Of a stretch of 64,000 bases of DNA, positions 1 through 10,807 are shown one piece after another. The stretch's first letter is position 1, and each line of letters opens with the position of its first letter. The notes below the pieces were generated by a model. That model was given only the letters and a program-made list of their open reading frames with translations, made no database searches and was not told the DNA's origin. The position numbers were made by a program, and so were the translations under genes. The DNA is from Psilocybe cubensis. Its lineage: Eukaryota. The stretch spans positions 1,054,001-1,118,000 of the forward strand of contig CM039005.1 of assembly GCA_017499595.2 (NCBI GenBank), in the 5' to 3' direction.

Positions 1-414
1 TAATAGATAGACGGAAGGATACTCACAGAGGGAAGATCGGTAAAGTAGGTCTGTCAGAATATAACTTTGCGCGGACTTCAAGGAGCTCGATCGCATCCTC
101 GAGTTTATTCAGGACGACAACGTGATTTCCCAGTGACTCGGCGTGTACAATAGGACCTTGCAGCACAAATTAATTGGTTAGCCAGTTAAATGTTATGGTA
201 TAGCACTGAACTCACTATCGTATTTCTTTGCCCAGTCGGCATAGTTCTGGGCGAATTTCTCCGATGGGAAGTCGAGTGCGTTTCCAATCAGAGGCAATGG
301 CTTCGGGCCAGGGGGATAAGGCGCCCGCTTCCCCTTCGAAGACAGGACATCCGCCAGCTTCTTGAGTGCGAACGCAGCTAGAATGAAGTACACAAAAGAG
401 GATGAGAGAGCCAT
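1..414 (-). CDS. Cytochrome P450 (CYP5144/OrdA-like), 5' part only; continues off the window
   Basis: ATG at 414. N-terminal membrane anchor followed by the proline-rich hinge YPPGPKPLPLIGN. After an intron, GPIVHAESLGNHVVVLNKLEDAIELLEVRAKLYSDRP. Clearly paralogous to the genes at 17715 and 28661, with matching first intron positions. Confidence 0.9.
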
Positions 415-3400
415 GAGTGTCGATGGATTTGTTGGGTTATCAGGACAGCGCTGCTATGCGTTCTTATATCCCTGTCCAAGCTCGTTTATTGAATCAGTGG
501 TTCTCACCGAGCGGCTACTATACATAGGAGTAAGGCTCGGACTTATAAATCGACATGTCCAAGTTATGAAGCGAACTGACCGTATTGTGCACCAGCAATT
601 TGGTGTCACTGTCTGGTTGAATGTGGCGTCCCTGTGTCCCAAAAAGGCAACTTTTCTGGCAAATATAGTTAGTCCCAGAACGAAAATCGGTCCGGTTAAC
701 AACACTGATTCCAGATATAGAAGGTGGTCTGTAGCGGCCGCTCTGCAGACGGGGCGTTGAACGGGCGTATAGGGTGGAGAAATTAAACGTTAAACCCGCT
801 CGCGCGGAAAAAAAACATCTATTTTTGCGATTCTGCTGTACAGAGCAGACATATTTGCCAGCAAAGCTGAAATTTTTTGTGCTTCTCGAAGCAAATTTGG
901 CTGACGATGTGGTTGCGAGCATGCGTTATTGGCCAGAAAACAGGAGGTTATTACTCACTATCAGTGCTAGATTGTTATCTAGCTGGTTCAATGACGATTG
1001 TCCCCTCCTAAAAACAGACGCAGGAGGAGTAATGATTCGCTCCTTTCTGAGCTTAACAGACACACGAACACGATGAGACCTGTCAAAACATACGAGAGAA
1101 CGTCGGGAGCAGCTAAGTCTCATAGAACCAAACCGCAGTGCAAGGCATTTCAAGTTTGCACACAAAACTTGGCTCTAAATGGGACCGAATTATTAACACA
1201 ACGCTGTCACTTATCAAGCGGGCTCCTCACATGTGCACAAAAAAAGAAGCATTGGGCGAGCATGCGCATAAGGATCGCCAGAGTTTCTCACAGGAGCCAT
1301 GGTACGACCGCCTAAACGTGCGATTGTCGTAGAGCAGAGCCCGAGGATGATCAGTTTCTCACATAGCCGAGAGCCCGAGAGCAAAAGCAGCATCTGATCG
1401 TTCTGTTGATTGACGACAAAGAAACACAGAGCGCGGGCGTGTGCTTCTGTGCAGAAGGACACAAGAGGAAACAAGAGAGAAGAGAAGGGCGCAGACGAAA
1501 ATTGCCTTTTGGTTTGTCATGCGCAGCGAGTGCCCCCTCCCACATTTCGACTGGCATCAGGATCTGTCAGGCGGCTTCGGTCGAGTGGAGTGAGTGCTAT
1601 TCAGTGTTGAGGCGTCCAGCTGCATGATCGTGATCCTGACGGTGAGCGAAGGGCAGCGTCAGATCGTTCACGACGGGTTGCCGGTAAATCCGTTTTGATG
1701 TGCCGGAGAAAATTGGAGAAATCCGTTACGGCACTTTCCGCTTCGGTCATCAGGTGTGCCTGGGCAAGTACGCCACTGCGCTTGCGCTTGCATCATCATC
1801 ATCATCCTCACCGCATATATTCAGTTTTACTGCATCAAGCCTAGCAAGAGGACCCAGGTTCGCCATTGCCCTTGATCAGGGGGCAATAAAACCGTAACTA
1901 ACTGAGCTGGGGGCGCCCTGTGGCGACAATGAATTCAATTATTCCATTATACGGCACGGCGATCCTTCCTCGAGTAGACGCCCAAAGAACATCCACACGG
2001 ACACATACACATACCCGCACCCAACGAGACATCGCGTTACAGGGATACAGCTACTGGATCAGATGCGCCGCTCGGGTATGAGGCTGGCTTACGACTGACT
2101 TTTCAAAAGAGGACAGCGTCGGTGTTTCGAGTTGAGACACCGGATCCGAAGATAGCAGGGGAGAGGTGGCTTCTCCCTCTTGATCTCTCCTACTCATGAT
2201 AGGTCTCGCTGATACTGATGCTTCTAAATGTGAAATTTTGAACACTGATTAGTGAGTAGGCAGTCGAGGCTCAAGGCTCGAGGCCGATCCCAGTGGGAGA
2301 GAGCAGAAAAGGCCATCCGCGAAGCCCGCAAAAGCATGGAGTGCAAGTCATCCCAACTGAGTGAGTCCCAGTCAAGTCCAATCGGTCCGAATACACAGGA
2401 CGTGTACTAAAATGTCTCTTTTCGTATGCAATTTTTTGTCTTCGATGTCATTTTGCCTTTTGCCAGGTTTTGCCACCCCATGGCCCGGCGCTCGAGATAA
2501 GATTGGAAAAAGCCCCGCATACAATGAGTCATCCATGAGTTCCCATTCTGCAGCAAAAATCCTAAGTGGACGCAAAACTTACGACGGAGTGCGTTGGTAT
2601 GTTACGCCCGTACATCGTCGGATTGTAACTTGACATGTCGATTATACGCGCCTCGGGGATGGATCGATGACCTATCATTAACACCCATCGTTGATCCTGA
2701 TTCTGATATTGATTTATTTCCCTTCTTCTTCTTCTTTTTCTTTTTGTTATTGTTAGTGTTAGTGTTATTGTGGGTGAACTTTGACTTTTTGGCTTCAAAG
2801 TTCAAATTTCCCAGTTTCTCGCAAAAACTCTTCTTTTCACCGCATTCATTTTCGTCAAAACTTGTCAAGGTCGCCCGAGATTCTCAAGTCTGAACCACAC
2901 GTAGCAAACCTTGCATCATAATCTAACCGACTTCTGACTCTGGGCGATCATCGGATGGGACTGGACCATTATGGCCGAGGTATAAAAGATACTATTAAGC
3001 GGCGCGCAGAAGCGTAGTAGCACAGCGACTCGCAAGAGACTCGACGATCATCCGGTCTGAATTCACCCATTTGTCCGAACATGCTAGACGACATGGATAT
3101 CAGGCGTTGCACCTCCGAGTCACAAGCCTCTGCGAATGTCATTGTGTTTCTCAATTTTTTTCTAAATCTTACTTTTACCTTCTCCAAGTAAATCTCGGGA
3201 GGACTAGGGCTAACTTTAATTTGGAGAAGTAGGTGTGGATTTGTTGATGCTATCTACGTCTGTTGGCCTTGTTTGGGGTGGAACGTGCGATGATGATAGA
3301 TGATAACTGATGATAATGACGATGGGTGAGTTGGTATCTATGATCTATCTCTCATTATTTTTTTAAACTTTTAGTCACGGTCGCACCGTCTGAGCATCGA

Positions 3401-4516
3401 TGGAATTCGGGTTCATTCAAGATCCAGCTCCCCAGCTCCCCAGCCAGTCTTTGTACTGTGTGATATTCCATTGTGACCCTATCCTTGACTCGGATGGTGA
3501 CTGGTCGCTGGTGCGCATGAGCTCCTGTTCAAGTTCGTCTGAGGAGATTCGTTAGCTGGATTTTGCACACCTCGTACCTTCAAGTTATACCCCATACCCA
3601 CTTATACTTACACTTACACTTACACTTGCCATTGCCCTGCTATTACTAGTGATCTGCGATAGACTCAAGTCCCAACTCGACCCTGATCAGATATGCATCA
3701 TTTTCAATGATATGGTTTACATCCAACCTAATACTACATCTCCTACGGATCGAGTCTCGACTCTCGAGTTAGCCACCCACTGACGACGGCCTCTGGCCAC
3801 TAGCCCGCCTCTGGAAAAATTCTGAATGTGAATCTATCGCTCGTCCAAGATCGTGGATTGTATTGTGGAGGGTAGGATAGATTTTGTGTACTACTGCTAC
3901 GATTTTATGTCACGGTACGGTACTACTGCGATTGGATTGGATTATCTGTCGGCTACTCGAGTCTCGAGCGTTCGAGCGTTCGACTTGTCGAATCGTCGAT
4001 GTTTTAGCGTGAGGTTAAAACGGTATACGGTATACGGTATTGTACACATGTGTGAAGTCTCGCTGATGATAGAGAGCGCCGCTGTATATCTGTTTTTTTG
4101 GGGGGAAGCGAGCGGTGCACTGGAAATGATTTCATGAAGCTGTGTGTTGTGCGGTGGGTGGGTGAGTGGGTCCGTAGGCGAGAACGACGACTCCATCGAA
4201 AGACATGGTATATACATGAACTAGAGTATCAAACATCGTAATTGTTCCCTAATCCACCCCAATATACTTGGAGCGGTCGAGAGGGGACTATCGCACTCGC
4301 AAACCTACTTACTACCAGTACCGACTTACCTTATCCTAATATCTGCCTGCAGAGTCCTGAGTCCTTACTGCCCAATCACACCTGGCACCTAGCCTGAGCC
4401 TGGCCGCGTCGACCAATCGCAAGCAGCTAATGGGCGGGCCAATGGCGTCGATCTGATATTGATATTATAATATTGGGGTTCGAACTTCTCATGGACATGG
4501 TGTTAGGAGCTGTCAT

Positions 4517-4545
4517 CGACATTCGACATTCGACATTCGACATTT
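4517..4545. repeat. 7-bp tandem repeat (CGACATT)x4
   Basis: Directly visible: cgacattcgacattcgacattcgacatt. Confidence 0.8.
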
Positions 4546-4633
4546 GATGGAGGGTGACAGTGCAGTGACAATGATTTGACAGCGCGATCAGGATCAGTGA
4601 TCATTGGAAATGGGAGTGGAAGGATATGTGATG

Positions 4634-5311
4634 GGATTATTCTATTCAGAAACCCCAGAAACCCTAGAAACCCCATAGAAACCCCCAAAATTCATAAAAT
4701 CGTTATGAATGTTGTGATGAAGGTGTGATGAATGTTCAGAATGCCGTTTCGGCGGATTAGGTAGGAGCTTGTATTCTCATGCGGGCCGTTTCAAGTGGCC
4801 ACTCGGGTGCGTAGGTGCAACTTCGCTCAAAAATGGAAAAAGCAGTAAATTAACAAGTTAAAAGCCTAGAAACCTCTGTATGATGTAGCTCTTTGTACCT
4901 ACCACCACTACTATACTCTCTAGTAATTTTCTTGTATCTTATAGTACTCTGGATGCCCTACCTCGGTGTTCATAAACATCAAATATGATATCCCCTCGAA
5001 TAAATAACCGTTAAACGACTCGAAAGTCCACTGAATGTGTTTGGTGAGTTTCATTGGCACTATGGCTTGCATTAGAAACGTTAGCGTAGAGGAATTTAAC
5101 AATTGAATGTATTTACATGAAGACGATCAACTACTGATTCAAAAGCAATGACGACGGCACGACACGGCAGACCAGAAAAGCTAGGTCGGACCTTAGACCT
5201 CCCATACATGTTCAAGCAGGGGTTTAGAATGTTGCTTCGAGGACTATTCAGAAACCCCTGGGGTTTCTAGGGGTTTCTAGGGGTTTCTGGGGTTTCTGAA
5301 TAGAATAATCC
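4634..5311. mobile_element. Non-autonomous TIR DNA transposon (MITE-like, probably Mutator/MULE), 678 bp
   Basis: 31-bp perfect terminal inverted repeat GGATTATTCTATTCAGAAACCCCAGAAACCC, extending to ~41 bp with one indel. Exact 9-bp direct repeat TATGTGATG at 4625-4633 and 5312-5320. No transposase ORF. Superfamily inferred from TSD length only. Confidence 0.88.
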
Positions 5312-6672
5312 TATGTGATGAAGGTCTGGAGCTGGAACTGATAAGTATGTCGTATGTGGTAAGTTGGCATAGGTGAGTAAAGCGAAGGGGTGAAGGAAAC
5401 AAGGGTCAAGATGAGGGTCGAGGGTCTAGACGTGTAAGGCTCGTGTCGAGTGGGTGTGTGCGGTAGGGGTGTAGTGGGTATACCTTGGGTGTGAGGGTGT
5501 GTATGTAAATGTAAATGTAAAGGGCTATCGCAACTGATATTACGCCGGATTTTTGGGACCTTTTTGCAGCGGAACGCATAGATCATGCAGCGGCGATCGA
5601 TCGGTGTGCCGTCGAGGATGAGCTGCGTGACACGGGAGGGCGTTATATGTCCAGGAAGGGACGAAGTTTGTGTAGATGAAGTTAAGCCTGTGCTTCACGT
5701 TCAGGAATCATCAGGAGAAATGGGGTGCAAAAAAGAGACGGGATGTGATGTGACTAGTTCGGGTGTGTCGTAAGACGAAAGCTGGGTCGAGACCTTGATA
5801 GATAAGCTAGGGATAAGCAATTAGGTGCGTTTCTGGATGGGTGGAGTGGATTATATTAGTATTGAGAGATATACAGGGCAGAGGTGTGTACGGTTGTATG
5901 TCTCCGGTGCAGAGGCCAGGGCGGCGATAAAGATGGGGAAGCTAGGATGTCCGCTGATCAGTCGGTGATCAGAGCGAGCGTGCATGGCGAAGGAGTGAAG
6001 CCAATGGGAGGGGATGGCAGAGTGACGTCAGTGCCAAGGCGAACAGAAGATGTCAAAGATCAGGGATTTGGCGAGGATGCCGCGGATTGCCGACTTGAAG
6101 GATGGCGGTCGTGGATGGTCAGAGGGAGTGACAGATGTAGAGAGGGAAGGGTGGAGGGAGGGCAGAGGGTGGATGGACATGGGGTAGGAAGAGGGCGTAT
6201 TAACATTAACCGAATAGAAAAGGCTTCACTCCATGATAAATCCGGGGGTACAAAAGTCAGGATGCAGGGCCTAGACCTGCGCCATGGACCGGAATATGGT
6301 GGAATATGGTGAGAGAATGTGGGGGAAACAGAGAGGAAAATGCAGATGCCGATGTGCGCCGGGGCAGGAAATGGGTGAGGACATGCAGACGAGTGAGGAA
6401 GAAGAACTTCGAAAAGGGTGGACGCTGCTGGGGTTTAATAGACTTCACACGTACTGACGTCATCCTCGCTGCAGTCCGCTGCCGAGCTATAATTTTGCGC
6501 TCCCTCTCGGCGTGGAGCGATTCTTGACCCGGCGTCCAACTAGAGCAAATTTGTGCTCTCCGTTTCTTATTCGTCCATCTCTGTCTGCATACACGACCAG
6601 CAGAGCTTTTTCTGTCTCTTTTTTCGCTCTTTCACGTCTCTATGGACTCGCCTTGTCCAACTGCCTTATCCC

Positions 6673-7930
6673 ATGCATCGGTTTCCCACTGACTTCCACT
6701 CTCAGTCCCATTCCCCGCTCTCCCCGTCCCCCGCCCTTCCTCTCCAGCCACCCACTGACGATGCCATCGAGGCAGTCATCCTCCAGGCAACATCCGCCAG
6801 GCCAGGCGCAGATCCCCGTCCTTTGAGGGACACCAGGACTCAGCTCTTTGTCGGGAACGTGCGCACCTTGTATCTCCTCCTCTCTCTCTCACCCAGCTCA
6901 CACACCCCTTCTCTGTCCAGCTTCCCTATAGGGTCCGATGGCAGGATCTCAAGGACCTCTTCCGCAAGGCAGGCACCGTCCTACGCGCCGACGTCTCCTT
7001 AGGGCCAGACAACAGATCGCGTGGCTACGGAACTGTCCTGCTCGCCACAGCCGAGGACGCGGGGCGCGCCGTTGACATGTTCAATGGCTACTCATGGCAG
7101 TCCCGCATCCTCGAAGTCCGCCTCGACAGATTGCTACCAGAGTACGACTCCTCCAACCCCTCCGTCGCCCCAGGAAGCTCACCCGTCAGCACCAGCGGCT
7201 CAAGCTATCTCATGCCCTCTACCACCGCCTCCACATCCCATCAGGGCTCCTCCGCATCCTCCTTTGCCCCCGACGACATCGATTACACGTCAAAGTACCA
7301 AAATCCCGATCCGGGCTCGTGTCGCAACCTCTTTGTCGGAAATGTAAGCTTTCCCCCCCTTCTATATTGCCCGCGTGTCGCTTGTCCCGCCCAGTACGAT
7401 CCAACGCTGATCCAAAAAACACTCTCTTTTGTGCCCCCCTCCCCCCTTTTTTGTTTGGCCGTCTTTGTAGCTTCCTTTTCATTGTCAATGGCAAGATCTT
7501 AAAGATTTGTTTCGTCAAGCAGGGACCATCTTACGTGCAGACGTAGCATTGGCACCCGACGGGCGGTCTCGTGGATTCGGCACTGTGGTATTCGCCACAG
7601 ACTACGACGCTGAAAAAGCAGTCAGAATGTTCAACGGGTCAGAATGAAATTAATTTGTTTCTTGGATTTTTTTTGGTGTTAACCTTGTGTTTCTGCAGAT
7701 ACGAATATAATAACCGGATACTTAAAGTGAACTACGACAAGTTTTCGCAGGCGATGCAGCCTGCTGCGAGCACATCTGAGCCTGTGATGACAGCTAATCA
7801 GGCGTATGCGCATCAGATGCAGATCAAGCTCCCGCCGGGGTTCATGCTTGACTATGGCCCTCCGTCCGGGCCTACTTCGCCGTATGAGATGTTTTCCCAG
7901 TTGCAGCAGCAACACCAACAACAACAGCGT

Positions 7931-7966
<36 letters not shown>

Positions 7967-10807
7967 CAGCAACATCGCCAACCGCATATGCTGCACCAGC
8001 CACAGGCGCAACATTATTTACAGCATCCTTTACAACAGCAGCAGCGAGGTATACAGCCTCCAACATCCTCATCATCATCAGCGGCGTCGGCGCATAACGC
8101 GTATACCATCCCGCCCCCTCCCTCATCCTCATCCTCGTCGGACATTGACAGTCTAACGAGCACACTAGCCTCTTCGCACCTCTCAAAATTAGTCAAGCCC
8201 AGCCAGCGCGCCGCGTCGTCGTCGTCGTCCTCGCACGCGCATGTGCACGCGCATAAGCCGTCGCCGATAAGCACGGCGGCGTCGTCGAGCCAGGCGAGCT
8301 CGTCGTCGGATCATTCGATGTCGTCGACTTCTGCGTCGTCTGTGTCGCAGTCGCCGAATCCCATTTCTGGGCAGGGTGGTAGGACGCTTGCGCTTGCGCA
8401 TACGCAGAGTCAGCAGCAACAGCAGCATCAGCAGCAGACGTTACAGCGTCAACTGCAACAGCAGTATCAGCAGCATCAGCAACAACAACATCAACAGCAG
8501 CAGCAGCAGCAGCGGCACCCGCATCATCCGGGCCCGATCACGCTCCCGCCGTTACGCCCGCCCATCTTCCCGCTCTCGCCGCATACACCACAAGCTCAAG
8601 CTCAAGCGCACGCTGGGATGTCGATGTCGATGGGTATGGGAATGGGAATGGGGATGGGAATGGGAGTATCAACGTCGCCACTACATCATCCGGCAATGGG
8701 ATCGCCGTATCAGATGTACGCGACGCCTGGACATGCCGTGTATCATCAGCAGCAGCACCAGATGCATCAGCAGCGCGCGGCTGCTGCTGTGCTACAGCAA
8801 CAGCAACAGCAGCAACAACAACAGCAGCAGCAGATTCAGGTTTTACCGTTGACGCCGCATGGGCTCCCGCCGATTACGCCTTCGATGCCGCCGTTTACGT
8901 TTTTGCCGCCCCCGCCTCCTCAACAACAACAACAGCAGCAGCAGGGGGTGTCGGCGTTTTCGCCGGTGTCTGTGCATGCGCTGTCGCGGGTGGGAGGACG
9001 GTTGGTGGCGGGGGCGGGTGGGTCGGCGTCGACGGCGAGCGGCAGTTCAGCTGCTGCTGCTGCCGCTGTCAATACTGCTTCGTCGTTGTCGTCCGCCGGC
9101 AATGCTGGTTCTAACTCTGGTTCTGCTTCTGGTGCTAGTACAGCTGCTACTGCCGCTGCGTCTTCTGCGTCTTCATCATCTTCGACTTCGTCCTCTTCTG
9201 CCGACGCCACAGCCGCTACAGCCGCTTCATCATCTTCTTCGTCGTCGTCTTCGTCTTCTGCTCGTGGTGATGGTGGTCGGAGTCGGGGTAGGGGTCGGGG
9301 TGAGAGCAATGCGAGCCTTGCGAGTAGTAGTAGTGGTAGCAGACAGCAGCAGCAGCAGCAATATCAACAGCAACAGCAACAGCAATATCAGCAGCAGCAG
9401 AATGTGCAATACCCGTTTTATAGTACGACGCCGAATTTGCATTTTGCGATTCCGTTGCCTTCGCCTGGGTTATATGTGAGCGCTGTGTCTGCTGCACACG
9501 CGGGTGCGTCGACATCAGCTTCGGGAGTAGGAGGAGCAGGACCAGGAGGAGCTAGTGCAGGAACAGGAACGGGAACAGCGCCGCTCCCATCACCACCGAC
9601 ACACCTCCGGCTGAACCTCGCGGGTATACCAGGTGCGTTCTCGCCTGGGGTTGTGATGTCCCCTGGGACGTTCTATGGGCGGCCTGGGGAGGTGGTGCCG
9701 AATCCGAATCCGTATATTAATGCGGCTGTTGGTGCGCCTGTGCATGTACATCCGCATCCCCACGCACATTCGCCTGGCCAGCATCCACACCAACAACAAC
9801 CGAACGCAGCTGTCGTAGGCGGTTCACCGGGCGGAGGGGTGATATACCCGCATCCTGTATACGGCCTCGCGCAGTCGCATGGCGCGTACTTTTATGCGAT
9901 GTCGAGTCCGCATAAGGGGGGTAGAGGTGTTACGGGCATGGAGCCCAAGGGCTATTTTGATCCGATGTATTTTCCGGCGGGTGTTGGGGGTGGGGGTGGG
10001 GGTGGGTATGGGTTTGGAGGTGGAGGTGGGGGAGGGGGACAAGGAGGGGGGAGTGGGTTGGTTAATGAGGTTATGAGGGAGGGAAGCAGGTATGAGTCGC
10101 AGCAGCAGCAGCAGCGGGAGGGGGAGGGGAGTGGGAAGAAGGAGGAAGAGGATAGTGAGAGTGGGAGTGGGAGGGCAAGTGAGAGGGACAAAGGGAAGGG
10201 CAGGGAGAGTGCGAGTGACGAAGAGGCGGGGAGTGGCAGGGACGGAGGCGGAGAGGAAGCGCATAAAGCGGGCAGTGGAGATGATGAAGGGACCGCTGGG
10301 TCGGATGAGACGGTCGATTTGAATGCGGAGCAGGGCGCGACGATATCGCGTACGCATTCTGTTGGGTATAAGCGGAAAGTGGCCAAGGGCGCCTCTGGGG
10401 CGGCGGCGGGAGGGAGTACGGGAGGAGGGGCGGGAGGGGCGGAGGGACCTGGGATTATGTCGAGAGGGAACTCGGACCCTGTGCGTGGTACGCAGGCGAG
10501 TGGGAGTATGAGCGCTCTTGGGGACGCTCCTGTCTCTAGCGTTGTTGCTGCTGCGCCACCGCCGATGACACTGCGGTTGCCAGAACGTGTGCCGTGGAGT
10601 CGAAAACAGCAGCAGCAGGAGGCGGGTGTTGTTGTTACGCCTACGGCTAGGACGGTGTCTGCGGGTGCGACTGGGTATGTTTCTGCGGGTGCTGGGAAGA
10701 GTGTGGGTGCTAGCGAGCGTGAGGGCGAGGGCGAGGGCGAGGGCGAGCGGGTTTCGACGTCGACGTCGCTTCCTTCGTTGTCATCTGCATCGTCGGCTGC
10801 GCAATAA
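6673..10807 (+). CDS. Two-RRM RNA-binding protein (Gbp2/Hrb1/hnRNP M-like WQDLKD RRMs) with a very long low-complexity C-terminus, ~1294 aa
   Basis: Exons 6673-6858, 6921-7343, 7471-7637 and 7699-10807 sum to 3885 nt, in frame. RRM1: LFVGN|LPYRVRWQDLKDLFRKAGTVLRADV...SRGYGTV...AVDMFNGYSWQSRILEVR. RRM2: LFVGN|LPFHCQWQDLKDLFRQAG...SRGFGTV...AVRMFNG|YEYNNRILKV. The tail is polyQ, polyS, polyA and polyG. Start codon is uncertain. Confidence 0.85.
7904..7972 (+). repeat. CAG/CAA trinucleotide tract (polyQ); first of several, others near 8410-8512, 8795-8833, 8921-8944, 9344-9400
   Basis: (CAG)9 at 7931-7957 embedded in mixed CAG/CAA codons. Confidence 0.9.

Noticed and set aside
2300..2900. Possible transposon relic or Lys-rich ORF
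   Set aside because: No TIR/TSD or domain seen; the ORF derives from a TTC/T-rich microsatellite.
4634..5311. Telomeric or CRISPR-like repeats (AGAAACCCC / GGGGTTTCT)
   Set aside because: Few copies, inverted at the two ends and bounded by a TSD: these are transposon TIR subrepeats, not TTAGGG arrays or spacer arrays.
6761..6826. ATG 6761 as the start of the RRM gene
   Set aside because: Out of frame with the RRM; stops at 6826.
7571..7698. N-terminus of the 1078-aa ORF as a real start
   Set aside because: It is an off-frame read of exon 3 plus intron 7638-7698; the real frame joins at 7699.
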